This document shows positions 52,001 through 61,186 of a stretch of 64,000 bases of DNA, in pieces; within the stretch, counting starts at the first letter, position 1; each line of letters starts with the position of its first letter. The notes beneath the pieces were generated by a model. The model did no database searches and was not told where the DNA came from. It saw only the letters and a program-made list of their open reading frames with translations. The stretch is from Minisyncoccota bacterium. Lineage in GTDB: Bacteria > Patescibacteriota > Minisyncoccia > Phycocordibacterales > Zambryskibacteraceae. A program made the translations under genes and the position numbers. The DNA lies in the NCBI GenBank assembly GCA_020059045.1, contig JAGVCW010000021.1, positions 27,821 to 91,820 of the forward strand. Direction: 5' to 3'.

Positions 52001-53538
52001 GTTCAAACGGACCAGTAACTCTTTCAAAGGGTGATTCGGTTCAGTTTTCTTGGACGGGATCCAACTTAGTAAATTCTTGTTCCATTAAGGACGAAAATAA
52101 TAGCACTATATCTGGGGGGACAGGACTCAATCCTTTGGGGGGTACTCTCACTCTAGTAAATCTTACTTCTACACACACCTATACAATTACTTGTTTTACA
52201 AGTAACAACAGTACTGCAACTGATAGCGTGACGGTAATTATTTCTGGAGTATTCACAACCCCAGTTGTAGATCTCAAAGCAAATGGCTCAGACAATCCTA
52301 TAACGCTTACTGCGAACCAAGATCTTACTTTGAGTTGGACAATACAAGGAGTGTTACCAACTTGCTCATTGCGTGGTTGGGGAGTGTCCGGCTCTAATTC
52401 ATCTGGCTATGTTGAACTCTCTTCTAAAGTATTAATCGGTTCAGCATTCACTATTACCCCAACTACTGCAGGCTATCCGACTGCTGCTGGCAATATGTAC
52501 GAGATCAACTGTACAGTTTCTGGAGCAGTCACAAAGTACGATCGAGTAATAGTGACGGCAGCAGCGGTAACACCTCCAGGAGGAGGGACTACTGCATCTC
52601 CAGTAGTAACTTTATCTGCTAGTTCTGGCTCTGTAGCCGATGGTCAATCTGTTGCTCTGACTCTCACTTCTCAAAACGCTACTTACTGCACAGGAAATGT
52701 TTTTTCTGACAACAGAACTTCTGGCACGGCATATGTTGTTCCTCCCTTTGGCGGAAATACTAGCGTGGGCTACTCTGTAATATGTTACAACGGTCTTGGC
52801 GGCCCATCTAAAACTGCCTCCGTAAACGTCACCAAGTCAACGTCTGGAGGCTCACCCTCTAGCGGGGCACCGACACTTGATTTCAAAGCTGATAACTCTA
52901 AGGGGCCACTTTCTGTAGGAACTTCCGGGTCTGTATATCTCAGCTGGTCAACAACAAATGTATCTAGCTGTACGTTGAGTAATGCTGGAATATCGTACGT
53001 TTCACTTCCTAGTGGTTTCTGGAATGCAACTCCAAGTAGCTACACTTCGAAAGTCATATACACTATGAGCTGTACTGGGACAAACGGCGCTTCTATATCA
53101 GAATCAATCACCGTATATCCTGTCTACACTACAGTAAGCGTCAACAGTAGCTATCCTCTACCAAAAACTACTTATACGCTACACAATTCCCAAGACCTTA
53201 ACTTGGCTTGGAGTGCCCCAAATCTTCCAGCAGATGCACACTGTGATCTCACTTCACCTGTTAGTCTTACAAACCCCGCAGGTCAGAAGACCGGATCATG
53301 GAAGTTTACATCTACATCAACAAACTATCCTCCAAACAATGTGAGCAGCTGGTATTCACCTGGAATTGTCTACACTGTTACATGTAGTAATTCTGGCGGC
53401 ATCGTAGGCATGGCCACGGCCAATATTCTTCTTGACCCAAATACTACGAGTCTCAATAGCTCTAGTTCAAACCAACTAGCTGCTATATTTTCAGCCATAC
53501 AAAACATTTTGGCTGAGCTTAGTCTATCTGCTCGGTAG
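49054..53538 (+). CDS. Giant secreted cell-surface protein with N-terminal peptidoglycan-binding domain
   Basis: Signal peptide MFSKKLPLVIGFVFAFLFIGLSVDA (ATG 49054 within ORF 49018..). PG_binding_1-like (GYFGPLTQAAVQSFQRAQGIVTTG). More than 10 Ig-like repeats with SSTNATSCTASGGWSG motif, SH3b-like modules, PKD-like domain. ~1494 aa. Confidence 0.85.
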   Translation: MFSKKLPLVIGFVFAFLFIGLSVDAQTTSLSLTRNLSFGSSGTDVSSLQQFLISQGHLSSGNATGYFGPLTQAAVQSFQRAQGIVTTGTVQTTGYGLVGIRTRAALATFTGAQGTFTQNATIGTTFNTAVSTTLPPTVDLKVNGSDGPVLLPPSISIQAHQQANLSWSSTNATSCTASGGWSGTQKTSGSQSFKPTVNTLYIITCTGSGGSASDEVTVNKIGAPSSSMFNLGEDVETIYSSGNIFNYPAPDPRGGQSMFGGVKGRVVGGPAAGTCCGHIFWHVDYVNGMKGWTEKDNLKKAIINSTYTLSNMGDVIVTKTNFTQAKIVTFTMTAISGKPVVSAVISSSLPSGVTVSPDHYNSGSHNACGADPSAADPTCSHKPVFSIASNAATGVFPVTLTTYGPSAPTETSTFNLHILPAGTAVPTVSLKANNTPGTLSITNGTQISLTWDSTNVTSCDLSGDGWSGTKYAAKMPSPGFSAIPLSNKTTTYIIICSDVAGQKSAPSTVVVTTTAGSQTNKFNQNDKVETNADAVNVRSTPNGNPPIDSKSKGAKGVIMWDATTSAGGHNWWEINYDTGKDGWTAEQYLNLILSTATPPPPPGTPTVELKANNTLGSLSVTNGTQISLTWVSTDATGCALSANSWSSTNFSAQMGSPGFTTTPLSNTTTTYTITCYDANGVKSAPSTVVVTTTGSSNTFKDGDTVEVTNTTTSVNVRSSANGTVIGTQPLGALGLIKGTSINSGGYDWWNVDYVHAPDGWTAEQFLQKNAGGIPSSSRVSLQATPNSVAVNTPVLLIWALSNWPTSSPTTTCNATGGTAGWPGTKYGFMTGGQAVVTPTTAGTHTFNIDCSGYKDSVTVTVTTAGSTNKPPVANAGQDKTITLPTSSVSVVSPPVDATDPDGSSDINTHTWSFVSGPAGVTPGIAAPGNKNSTFSGLTVAGTYTFRFTVEDKGGLRATDDMNVVVLTSGTQSSGPVVDLKANGSNGPVTLSKGDSVQFSWTGSNLVNSCSIKDENNSTISGGTGLNPLGGTLTLVNLTSTHTYTITCFTSNNSTATDSVTVIISGVFTTPVVDLKANGSDNPITLTANQDLTLSWTIQGVLPTCSLRGWGVSGSNSSGYVELSSKVLIGSAFTITPTTAGYPTAAGNMYEINCTVSGAVTKYDRVIVTAAAVTPPGGGTTASPVVTLSASSGSVADGQSVALTLTSQNATYCTGNVFSDNRTSGTAYVVPPFGGNTSVGYSVICYNGLGGPSKTASVNVTKSTSGGSPSSGAPTLDFKADNSKGPLSVGTSGSVYLSWSTTNVSSCTLSNAGISYVSLPSGFWNATPSSYTSKVIYTMSCTGTNGASISESITVYPVYTTVSVNSSYPLPKTTYTLHNSQDLNLAWSAPNLPADAHCDLTSPVSLTNPAGQKTGSWKFTSTSTNYPPNNVSSWYSPGIVYTVTCSNSGGIVGMATANILLDPNTTSLNSSSSNQLAAIFSAIQNILAELSLSAR

Positions 53539-53566
53539 GCAAAGGTGTTTCCTGTTTTTTTAAAAT

Positions 53567-53603
53567 AAAAACCATTCCCGAATTAAATAGGGAATGGTTT
53601 TCA
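53567..53603. terminator. Bidirectional terminator between giant protein 2 and recG
   Basis: AAAACCATTCCC-GAATTAAATA-GGGAATGGTTTT. Confidence 0.7.
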
Positions 53604-53622
53604 TTTCGCTTAATATAATTAA

Positions 53623-55782
53623 CTATTCAAAATGGAATTGTTTGCGCTTCTCATCTATTTGATTTTTCAAAATGGGATATTTTTTAAGCTCTGGGTCTTC
53701 TTCAATAAGTTTTCCTGCTTCAAGTCGAGCAGCTTCAACCATCTTCAGATTTTTTATTGCTTCCATTCCTATATCAGAGAGCCCCCACTGCTTGCGACCG
53801 TAGAGCTCGCCTGCACCTCTCTGCACAAGGTCGAACTCGGCAAGCTCAAAGCCACTTTTTGCAGTGCGAAGTGCTTTGAGACGATCCATACTCTTACCAC
53901 TCTTTGTCTCAGAAAATATATAGCAGTAAGGTTGGTGTGAGCTTCGCATTACTCGCCCGCGAAGCTGGTGAAGCTGAGCAAGACCAAATCTTTCTGCCCC
54001 TTCAATTATGATTATTGTGGCATTTGGAACATTTACTCCAACTTCAACAACAGAAGTTGAAACCAAAATATTTATTTTTCCATCCTTAAAGTCGTTCATG
54101 ACTTCATCCTTCTCCCCAGGTTTCATTTTGCCGTGCATGACCCCAACTTGAAATTCGGTAAAAACATCTTTTTTAAGACGCTTTGCTTCTTCTGTAACAG
54201 ATTTTGCAATCAAAGCCATTTCCCGAGTAGGGTCTGGTTCATCAATACGAGGGCAAATCACGTATGCTTGGCGACCAGACCTTAGCTCTTTACGTATTTT
54301 TTCGTACACTTGGCCTCGAGTATTTGGCAATACAATTTCTGTAATAGGCCATTTACGACCAGGAGGTAGCTCATCAAGTAGTGAAAGATCGAGGTCCCCA
54401 TAGACAGTTAGGGCCAGTGTGCGGGGTATGGGGGTCGCAGTCATGCTCAAAAGGTGGGGGATGACTCCACCTCTCTCTCTAAATTTCTGCCTCTGTGTGG
54501 TTCCAAATTTGTGTTGTTCGTCGATAATTGAAAAAGCAAGATGTTTAAATTTAACGCTTTTCTGGATAAGAGTGTGAGTGCCAATAAGTATTGGTATCTC
54601 GCCACTTGCGACCCACTTGAGGAGCTGGGAACGAGAGATGTTTGTCGCACCAAGCGGATTTATTTTGGACGGAAACTTCCTTGCACCACTTCCGGTGATG
54701 AGGCCCACCTGAACTCCAGTATATGCAAAGTATTTAACAAATGACTCAAAGTGTTGCTCAGCCAAGATTTCTGTTGGAACCATGTATGCAACCTGAAGGT
54801 TCCCAAAGTCCTGATTCTTCGGCTTTGTGGAGATTACAGCGAATGATGCGGTGGCGGCGACAGCAGTTTTCCCACTTCCCACATCTCCTTCGAGAAGCCG
54901 AGCCATAGGCACACCCTTCTTGAAGTCATCTAGAATATGGTTTACAGATTTTTTTTGGGCTTCTGTAAGAGGGAAGGGAAATCTGCTGATAAAGTCCGTT
55001 AGTTCACTAAATTTTTTAGAGATCTCAAATGAATCATGTTGTTGCCAAAGTTTGCGACTCTTGTGTTTCTCAAGTTGAATGAAGAATACTTCTTCAAATG
55101 CAAACCGTTTACGTGCTGAGAGTGCATCGTCTTTGTTCTTCGGAGTGTGGATCCATATGAGAGCAGTTTTAAGTGTAGGAAGATTGTATTTTTTTAAAAT
55201 ACTTTCAGGTATGGGGTCCACCAGCTCATCAAGCAATCCTGATTTGAAAACTTTTTGGATTGCATGGAATATCCAGTTGGATGTTACACCACGGGTTTCA
55301 GGGTAGACAGGGTATAGGTAGTGGTCCTCGTTACCTTCACCAAATAGTGAAGTTGCCCCAGTGTGAAGTGGAAGCTTCGCAATATTTTCTATCTTCGGGT
55401 TAGAAAGATAGAGCTCTCCTTTTCTCTCCGAAACTTTTCCTTCGGCACGGACAAAGCTGCCATCCTGAAGCATTTTTGCCAAGTATGGCTGATTGAACCA
55501 AACAACCTTTATACTTCCAGTCTCATCTTCAAGCATACCTTCAGCCATAGGGATTTTCTTCTTCCATGCTTTCTTCATTTTGAGCCCAGAAATTTTCCCA
55601 AATATTACTGCCGCTTCTCCTCGAGCCAAGCTTTCTATAGATTTAATTTCTGAGGTGTCTCCATACCGGCTGGGGAAGTAGTGGAGAATGTCCTCGACAG
55701 TTAGTATGTCAATCTTCTTAAGAGCCTTTTGTTGAGGAGGAAGAATGCGTAGGTGATCCGTAAGTATAGAATCATTTTTCAT
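53623..55782 (-). CDS. recG: ATP-dependent DNA helicase RecG
   Basis: Wedge/OB N-domain, helicase motifs GDVGSGKT, DEQHKFG, C-terminal domain. 719 aa. Confidence 0.9.
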   Translation of the reverse strand: MKNDSILTDHLRILPPQQKALKKIDILTVEDILHYFPSRYGDTSEIKSIESLARGEAAVIFGKISGLKMKKAWKKKIPMAEGMLEDETGSIKVVWFNQPYLAKMLQDGSFVRAEGKVSERKGELYLSNPKIENIAKLPLHTGATSLFGEGNEDHYLYPVYPETRGVTSNWIFHAIQKVFKSGLLDELVDPIPESILKKYNLPTLKTALIWIHTPKNKDDALSARKRFAFEEVFFIQLEKHKSRKLWQQHDSFEISKKFSELTDFISRFPFPLTEAQKKSVNHILDDFKKGVPMARLLEGDVGSGKTAVAATASFAVISTKPKNQDFGNLQVAYMVPTEILAEQHFESFVKYFAYTGVQVGLITGSGARKFPSKINPLGATNISRSQLLKWVASGEIPILIGTHTLIQKSVKFKHLAFSIIDEQHKFGTTQRQKFRERGGVIPHLLSMTATPIPRTLALTVYGDLDLSLLDELPPGRKWPITEIVLPNTRGQVYEKIRKELRSGRQAYVICPRIDEPDPTREMALIAKSVTEEAKRLKKDVFTEFQVGVMHGKMKPGEKDEVMNDFKDGKINILVSTSVVEVGVNVPNATIIIIEGAERFGLAQLHQLRGRVMRSSHQPYCYIFSETKSGKSMDRLKALRTAKSGFELAEFDLVQRGAGELYGRKQWGLSDIGMEAIKNLKMVEAARLEAGKLIEEDPELKKYPILKNQIDEKRKQFHFE

Positions 55783-55909
55783 ATAGTCTCCAAATCATAG
55801 CCGATTTGGTCTTTATGACAAATGTTAGTTCCTGTGCTCACACTAACTAAAGCACCAAGTCGTACGACTTGGTGCTTTAGTTAGTGTTTAATACCCCTAC
55901 AGCTTACTA

Positions 55910-56164
55910 CTATGTAAGATGCTTTGAAACAAGCTTTGTCATCTCAAACATGTTCACAGTTTCCTTGCCTCCGAAGACTTTCTTCAAGTTTTCGTCTGCG
56001 TTGATGTTGCGCTTGTTAGTAGGGTCCTGGAGATTCTTCCCTTTAATGTAAACCCAGAGCTTCTTAACAACTTCTGATCTAGGCATAGGTCCATTGCCCA
56101 CAACAGCCGCTAGTTCATCACTAACGTTCAAAGGCTTCATAAATGCTGAATTTGCTTTTGGCAT
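55910..56164 (-). CDS. SWIB/MDM2 domain protein
   Basis: ELAAVVGNGPMPRSEVVKKLWVYIKGKNLQDPTNKRNINADENLKKVFG...MFEMTKLVSKHL fits the SWIB consensus. Confidence 0.75.
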   Translation of the reverse strand: MPKANSAFMKPLNVSDELAAVVGNGPMPRSEVVKKLWVYIKGKNLQDPTNKRNINADENLKKVFGGKETVNMFEMTKLVSKHLT

Positions 56165-56284
56165 GTATTTTTTATTTATATTTAACCCTACTATCCTACC
56201 ATATTTGCTGTTTTAGGGAAGGGGATGATTGGGGGTTGAAAAAACCTCCACAAAAGATGCGGAGGCTAAAGGGTTCAAATAGAG

Positions 56285-57073
56285 TCAAAAACTTAAGAAC
56301 TCAGGTTTCTGTCTAAATGCAGCTGACAAACCGACGGATTTACCGCGGTAGTCGTCGCTATAGCTGGTGATAGCGAGACCTCGATGATCAAAGTCGCCAA
56401 CAGCGACACGGGCACCGAATGAGTCGACATTGATGCAACGAACGTAGATCCCTTCAAACAAGCGCTCATCGGTGGCAAGAAAGTGACCGATTATGGTGTA
56501 AACCATGATCTGAGCAGTCGGGAGTTCCTCGTTTTTTGAAAGGAGTGCCAACTGGCCTTCCAAGGTTTCCCAGACTGAGTTGGGAATTGGTTCCTTGCGG
56601 ACCAACTGCCATGTGGGTATACCTTTGTCTGCCGCGAACGGCAGCTTTTTATACCAGTTCATGCTGTAAAGCAGGGTTTGGTCGGGCAGGTTCTTATCAA
56701 CGCCATGGATGTCGAGAATAGACAGTGGGAAAACTGCAACGAGAATGTGCGTATCCTTACAGGATTCGAGCACACTCTTTTTGAACGGAATTTCGCCGAG
56801 ATCGGAAAGCTGTTGCTTCGTGGCTTTAACCCCGAAGTACTTGATCGCCTCCTCGATACCGAAGAAGTTCCTTCCCATGATCACTCGTGCAAGTATCTGT
56901 GATTCGGAAGGTTCATAACCACCGCTGATCATGAATCGTGCAACTTTTCCCACGAATTCAGGGTCCGTATTGAGGCGGTCGGCGACTTCGTCAGCGTTGT
57001 TCCTGAAAGCCCTCCATAAGCGTTGATTGGCGGCATTGATGTCACCATGGGGGACTTGAGTCCATACTTTCAT
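56285..57073 (-). CDS. Hypothetical protein
   Basis: ATG 57073 (MKVWTQVPHG...) inside ORF 56285..57286. Start uncertain. Confidence 0.45.
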   Translation of the reverse strand: MKVWTQVPHGDINAANQRLWRAFRNNADEVADRLNTDPEFVGKVARFMISGGYEPSESQILARVIMGRNFFGIEEAIKYFGVKATKQQLSDLGEIPFKKSVLESCKDTHILVAVFPLSILDIHGVDKNLPDQTLLYSMNWYKKLPFAADKGIPTWQLVRKEPIPNSVWETLEGQLALLSKNEELPTAQIMVYTIIGHFLATDERLFEGIYVRCINVDSFGARVAVGDFDHRGLAITSYSDDYRGKSVGLSAAFRQKPEFLSF

Positions 57074-57439
57074 GTTTTTCACCTTTTCTGTTAGCCTTTT
57101 TGAAGTTATCTTGAAGGCGACTAGAAAGTGGGAATACGATCCCGGTTTACGTCTTGCCTCGGATGAGACAAGCTTTTTAAGTCCTAATATTTTAAGGCCC
57201 AGAAAGCTTGTCTCACTTGAGTTTTGTATGAAGAGCAGTTGTTTATGTTCTTTTTGTATTATACTATATATGAGCTTAAAAAGCAAGGGCTATTTCCGGC
57301 CTATAAATATGCCGTTTTTTGGTTGTAATATGTCTTGACATGTATGTTATAATATGCTATGTTGCAAGTGGATTCAGCGGTATGTCCTTGGGCAATTTCG
57401 CTTCAGGGGTGAGTCGCTGACCAAAACAAGGAGCTAGGC

Positions 57440-58015
57440 ATGTCATTTGGAAAAGATTACCGTCTCGTTGGTGAAGCTACAGTGACCGGAGAGAAGTTTG
57501 GTGCTGGAACAACCTTCTGGTCATCTCTTGTACATACCGACATTATCGGTCGGATCAGGCTGATGGTTGAACACTACGCCATTGTTGGGAAGTACATTGG
57601 TCAGCCACTGGTCTATGATCGGGAAGAGCTCATTGCATGGCTCACTGATCGATCTAGCAACTGTCTCAAGTGTTACCCGTATTACGTGGATGATGAGAAA
57701 ATGTTAATAACGGACCAACCCCGTTTCATTTCCGAGTTTTTTTCCAAAATGAAGGAAATCGGGCTCGGGTGGATGGAGTTCCGGCTGTATTACGGTAGGC
57801 TAATCGACAAGTATTTTCAAAGAAATACCAAGTCCCTCGAATCCGATTGGGATGAGAAGGAAATCTTTCGCTCAGAACCGCGTCCTGGGGCACTCTTCGA
57901 TGATTGCATAACTCCCCAACGCTTCGTTGATGTTCTGGATGAGATCGTAGCGAACCGGCGACGGATACACGAGCTTCCTGTTGCACGGGCTGTGCCCACG
58001 TATAGCTATAAGTAA
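57440..58015 (+). CDS. Hypothetical protein
   Basis: AAGGAG SD. 191 aa. Confidence 0.5.
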   Translation: MSFGKDYRLVGEATVTGEKFGAGTTFWSSLVHTDIIGRIRLMVEHYAIVGKYIGQPLVYDREELIAWLTDRSSNCLKCYPYYVDDEKMLITDQPRFISEFFSKMKEIGLGWMEFRLYYGRLIDKYFQRNTKSLESDWDEKEIFRSEPRPGALFDDCITPQRFVDVLDEIVANRRRIHELPVARAVPTYSYK

Positions 58016-58149
58016 AATCGTACTCGGCGAAATCGAGTAGAGAAATCATATCGGTCGGTAGGCCAAAAACCTACCGACTTTTTCATGTAAATTTATTTTG
58101 AGAGAGAGTGGGAATTTCTCCCTCGACTCAAAATTGTTTCATTTTACTT

Positions 58150-58560
58150 AAAATAGATTGAAAAGGGATTCGGTCACAGATAATTTTCTGTTGAAAAAGT
58201 TCACCCCACAAGTTTTTGCATACTTGCAAAACTTGCAGGCCCACCTCAGCTCGACAGCTTCCGGTCTTGCGAAAGCTTCAACTATTCGCTTTCTCACCCC
58301 GCCTCGCGCCGTCGCGCTCCGGCTTTCGAATCCCACCTCTCACGCGCCGACGTCCGACTCGAACAGCACATTTGGCTGTTCTTTCCGGTCGTTGCGGAGA
58401 CGATGCCCGGAACTTTGAACCAAAAATACGGCTCAAATTCGAGGATCTTGATAAAAGTATACAGAAACTAAGAGCTATCTACAAAGTCCACCCTGAATGG
58501 TTTGAAGTACCAAAACCCAAATCAACCAAAGGTAAGAACGAGGTAGACTATTCGATTTAG
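58150..58560 (+). repeat. Repeat unit A: tRNA-Ser-derived fragments plus conserved 3' coding fragment
   Basis: GATTCGGTCAC T-arm-like remnant. + strand TTCGAATCCCACCTCTCACGCGCC resembles the tRNA-Ser 3' end. Last 150 bp ~85% identical to 62900-63060. Confidence 0.65.
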
Positions 58561-58570
58561 CACTGGTTAT

Positions 58571-59497
58571 TTAGTAACTTTGTGCAAGAGTATTATCAAA
58601 TACATGCTCGTATCTTTCGGGCGAACCAAATCCATGCTCATCAAAATCATCAAGTAAATCTTTTAGCGGAAATGACCTGGCGCCATCTTTTCTCCTGACT
58701 ATGCAGCGACCACCTTGTTTAGTACCAAAAGGATGCCTTTGAGGACTGACCACATCTTCTTGGATATAAGGCTTAGAAAAGACCTCTTTATTAAAGTAAG
58801 CAATGACTTTCTTGTGAACCGTATCTAAATAATTCTTTCCTGAATCATCCCCGTTGAAATATTCCCCATGCACCAATCGATTTCTTAACCCATTTTCATC
58901 TGCAAATATTTCTGTTGCTAAATCCTCACCTAAAATCTTTGTATATAAATTTATTGACTTTTTGAATACAGATTTATTCCTTTTCCGAGCCATTGCTTCC
59001 ATTGCAGAAAACATCAAAAGAAGTTTTGCAGAATAACCTGAAGCGTTTACAGCGTCATTCCAGTAATGATAGAAGGGTTCTGGAATTTCCTCATGTTTTA
59101 GGAGTTCTACTAGACCGTCTCGTTCTTTCTCCATAAACATCAACCCTCCTGATTTCACATCTTGACTGTACTCAAAAAACGCAATGTCTCTACTGAGATC
59201 ATGAACTATAAAAGGTTCTCTTGTGAATTCTATGTACGACTGACAAATTAATGATATGCGTGGAATGAGTTTGTTCAACCTTGCTCTAAAAACATTTATT
59301 GCGTCTATAAAGTTTTCAGCTTCAATTTCACAGGTTGCAATCCAAGCATCTGAATCTTTCCAGCCATCTCTAAAATTAAAGTCACAATGGGAAAATTCCA
59401 AACCTTCAATTTCAAACGAAGCAGGTTTTTCTTTCACCTCCATTACTGCGCAATGAGCAAGTGTGAGAATTTTATGTTCTATTCTGTATTTTTTCAT
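58571..59497 (-). CDS. Hypothetical protein translationally coupled to guaA; candidate HEPN-like R-x4-H motif
   Basis: ATG 59495-59497 abuts guaA stop 59498-59500. Contains LRNRLVHGEY (Rx4H). No other recognisable domain. Confidence 0.5.
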   Translation of the reverse strand: MKKYRIEHKILTLAHCAVMEVKEKPASFEIEGLEFSHCDFNFRDGWKDSDAWIATCEIEAENFIDAINVFRARLNKLIPRISLICQSYIEFTREPFIVHDLSRDIAFFEYSQDVKSGGLMFMEKERDGLVELLKHEEIPEPFYHYWNDAVNASGYSAKLLLMFSAMEAMARKRNKSVFKKSINLYTKILGEDLATEIFADENGLRNRLVHGEYFNGDDSGKNYLDTVHKKVIAYFNKEVFSKPYIQEDVVSPQRHPFGTKQGGRCIVRRKDGARSFPLKDLLDDFDEHGFGSPERYEHVFDNTLAQSY

Positions 59498-61045
59498 TTA
59501 TTCGTACTCAATTGTAGCTGGAGGCTTTTGAGTAATATCGTAAAGAACGCGATTTACCCCTCGCACCTTGCCGATAATCGCGCTGGATATTTTTTCCAGC
59601 AGCTCATTTGGGATTTTGTGCCAGTCAGCACTCATACCATCTATCGAATCAACTGCGCGAAGCGCGATCACGTATTCATACGTACGACCATCGCCCATAA
59701 CACCTACCACTTTAACTGGCAGTAGTGCGGCAAAGGCCTGCCAGATCTTTTCGTACTCTCCTGCTTTGCGTAGCTCCTCAATAAATACCGAATCAGCTTC
59801 GCGGAGGATTTGAAGCCGCTCTTCGGTGATTTCTCCGACAATACGTACTGCAAGTCCTGGACCTGGGAATGGATGCCTCCAGAGAAGTTCTCTTGGAAGT
59901 CCTAGAGTTAAACCTACGCGACGCACTTCATCTTTGTACAAATCCTTTATGGGCTCAAGTATTTTGAAGCCCATCTTTTCGGGAAGCGTGAGGTTGTGAT
60001 GGCTCTTGATTTTCGCTACCGTTTTAGATGTTGAAGCAGACTCAATACGGTCGGGATAAATAGTACCTTGAGCTAAATATGCGATTGTATGTTTTTTGAG
60101 TTCATTTTTAATTGCTTTCTCAAACACTTCAATAAAGCTGTGGCCGATGATTTTACGTTTCTGCTCTGGGTCGGAAATGCCCTTTAAGCGTTTTAAGAAG
60201 AGAGGGCTTGCATCTATGACATGTAGTTGTCTGAAGCCATTTTTGCGTAGGTATGAAGCTACTTGTTCAACCTCCCCCTTACGAAGAAGCCCTGTATCGA
60301 CAAAGACTGCATGTAGGCGATTGCCAATGGTCCTATGGATAAGTGTAGCTGCTACCAGTGAATCGACGCCGCCTGAAATACCCACAACTACGTGCCTGTC
60401 TCCAACCTCATTTTTAACCTCCGCGACGATATTTTCTGTCACTGAGTTAATCCTCCAGTTCTTTTTGGCTTTACATATTGAGAATAGGAAGTTCTTAAGT
60501 AATTTTTCTCCATGCTGAGTATGGGTGACCTCTGGATGGAACTGGATGCCGTAGAAGTTGTTTTGTAAATCAGCAAAAGCAGCATATTTGCAGCCAATAG
60601 TAGATGCTGTCTGTTTAAACCCCTTAGGCAAAGCTGATACTTGGTCACCATGCGAGAACCACACAACTTCTTTTGAGGAGAGCGTCTGGAAAATTCCGCT
60701 CTTGTTTTTGATTGCAAGATTTTCTTTGCCGAACTCTCGATGTTTCCCTTTGGCAACCTTGCCACCAAGCATTTGCGCCATGACTTGATGCCCGTAGCAG
60801 ATGCCAAGAACTGGAATACCGATTTTGAATATTGGTTTGTCGGGTCTAGGACTACCTTTTTCTAGGACTGATGCAGGGCCACCTGAAAGGATGATACCAA
60901 CAGGATTATGTTTCTGTATTTCAGAAGCAGGAGTATCAAAAGGCAAAATCTCGGCTTTTACACCGAGATCCCGCACGCGTCTTGCAATGAGATGGGCAAA
61001 CTGGCTTCCGAAATTGAGGATTATGACCATAGTAAATAATATCAC
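59498..61045 (-). CDS. guaA: GMP synthase (glutamine-hydrolysing)
   Basis: Class I GATase (GICYGHQ) plus ATP-pyrophosphatase SGGVDS motif plus C-terminal dimerisation domain. Confidence 0.95.
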   Translation of the reverse strand: MILFTMVIILNFGSQFAHLIARRVRDLGVKAEILPFDTPASEIQKHNPVGIILSGGPASVLEKGSPRPDKPIFKIGIPVLGICYGHQVMAQMLGGKVAKGKHREFGKENLAIKNKSGIFQTLSSKEVVWFSHGDQVSALPKGFKQTASTIGCKYAAFADLQNNFYGIQFHPEVTHTQHGEKLLKNFLFSICKAKKNWRINSVTENIVAEVKNEVGDRHVVVGISGGVDSLVAATLIHRTIGNRLHAVFVDTGLLRKGEVEQVASYLRKNGFRQLHVIDASPLFLKRLKGISDPEQKRKIIGHSFIEVFEKAIKNELKKHTIAYLAQGTIYPDRIESASTSKTVAKIKSHHNLTLPEKMGFKILEPIKDLYKDEVRRVGLTLGLPRELLWRHPFPGPGLAVRIVGEITEERLQILREADSVFIEELRKAGEYEKIWQAFAALLPVKVVGVMGDGRTYEYVIALRAVDSIDGMSADWHKIPNELLEKISSAIIGKVRGVNRVLYDITQKPPATIEYE

Positions 61046-61096
61046 TAATTATTGGCCAAACGAACCTTATTTTACCTTGGTTCAAAGTTGCCAATC

Positions 61097-61186
61097 TGGC
61101 GGAGAGAGTGGGATTCGAACCCACGGTTCCGGTAAAGGAACGACGGTTTAGTAAACCGTTGATTTAAACCACTCATCCATCTCTCC
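61097..61186 (-). tRNA. Type II tRNA, Ser-like, with anticodon ACT
   Basis: - strand: acceptor GGAGAGA/TCTCTCC, discriminator G, encoded CCA, 3-bp D-stem, anticodon arm ACGGT-TTACTAA-ACCGT, long variable arm GTTCC...GGAAC, T-arm GTGGG-TTCGAAT-CCCAC. Confidence 0.7.

Noticed and set aside
58216-58560. 114-aa ORF in repeat unit A as a complete gene
   Set aside because: Its N-terminal two-thirds is an R/P/S-rich translation of GC-rich tRNA-like DNA. Only the C-terminal ~50 codons are conserved with unit B. It is treated as a gene fragment within a repeat.
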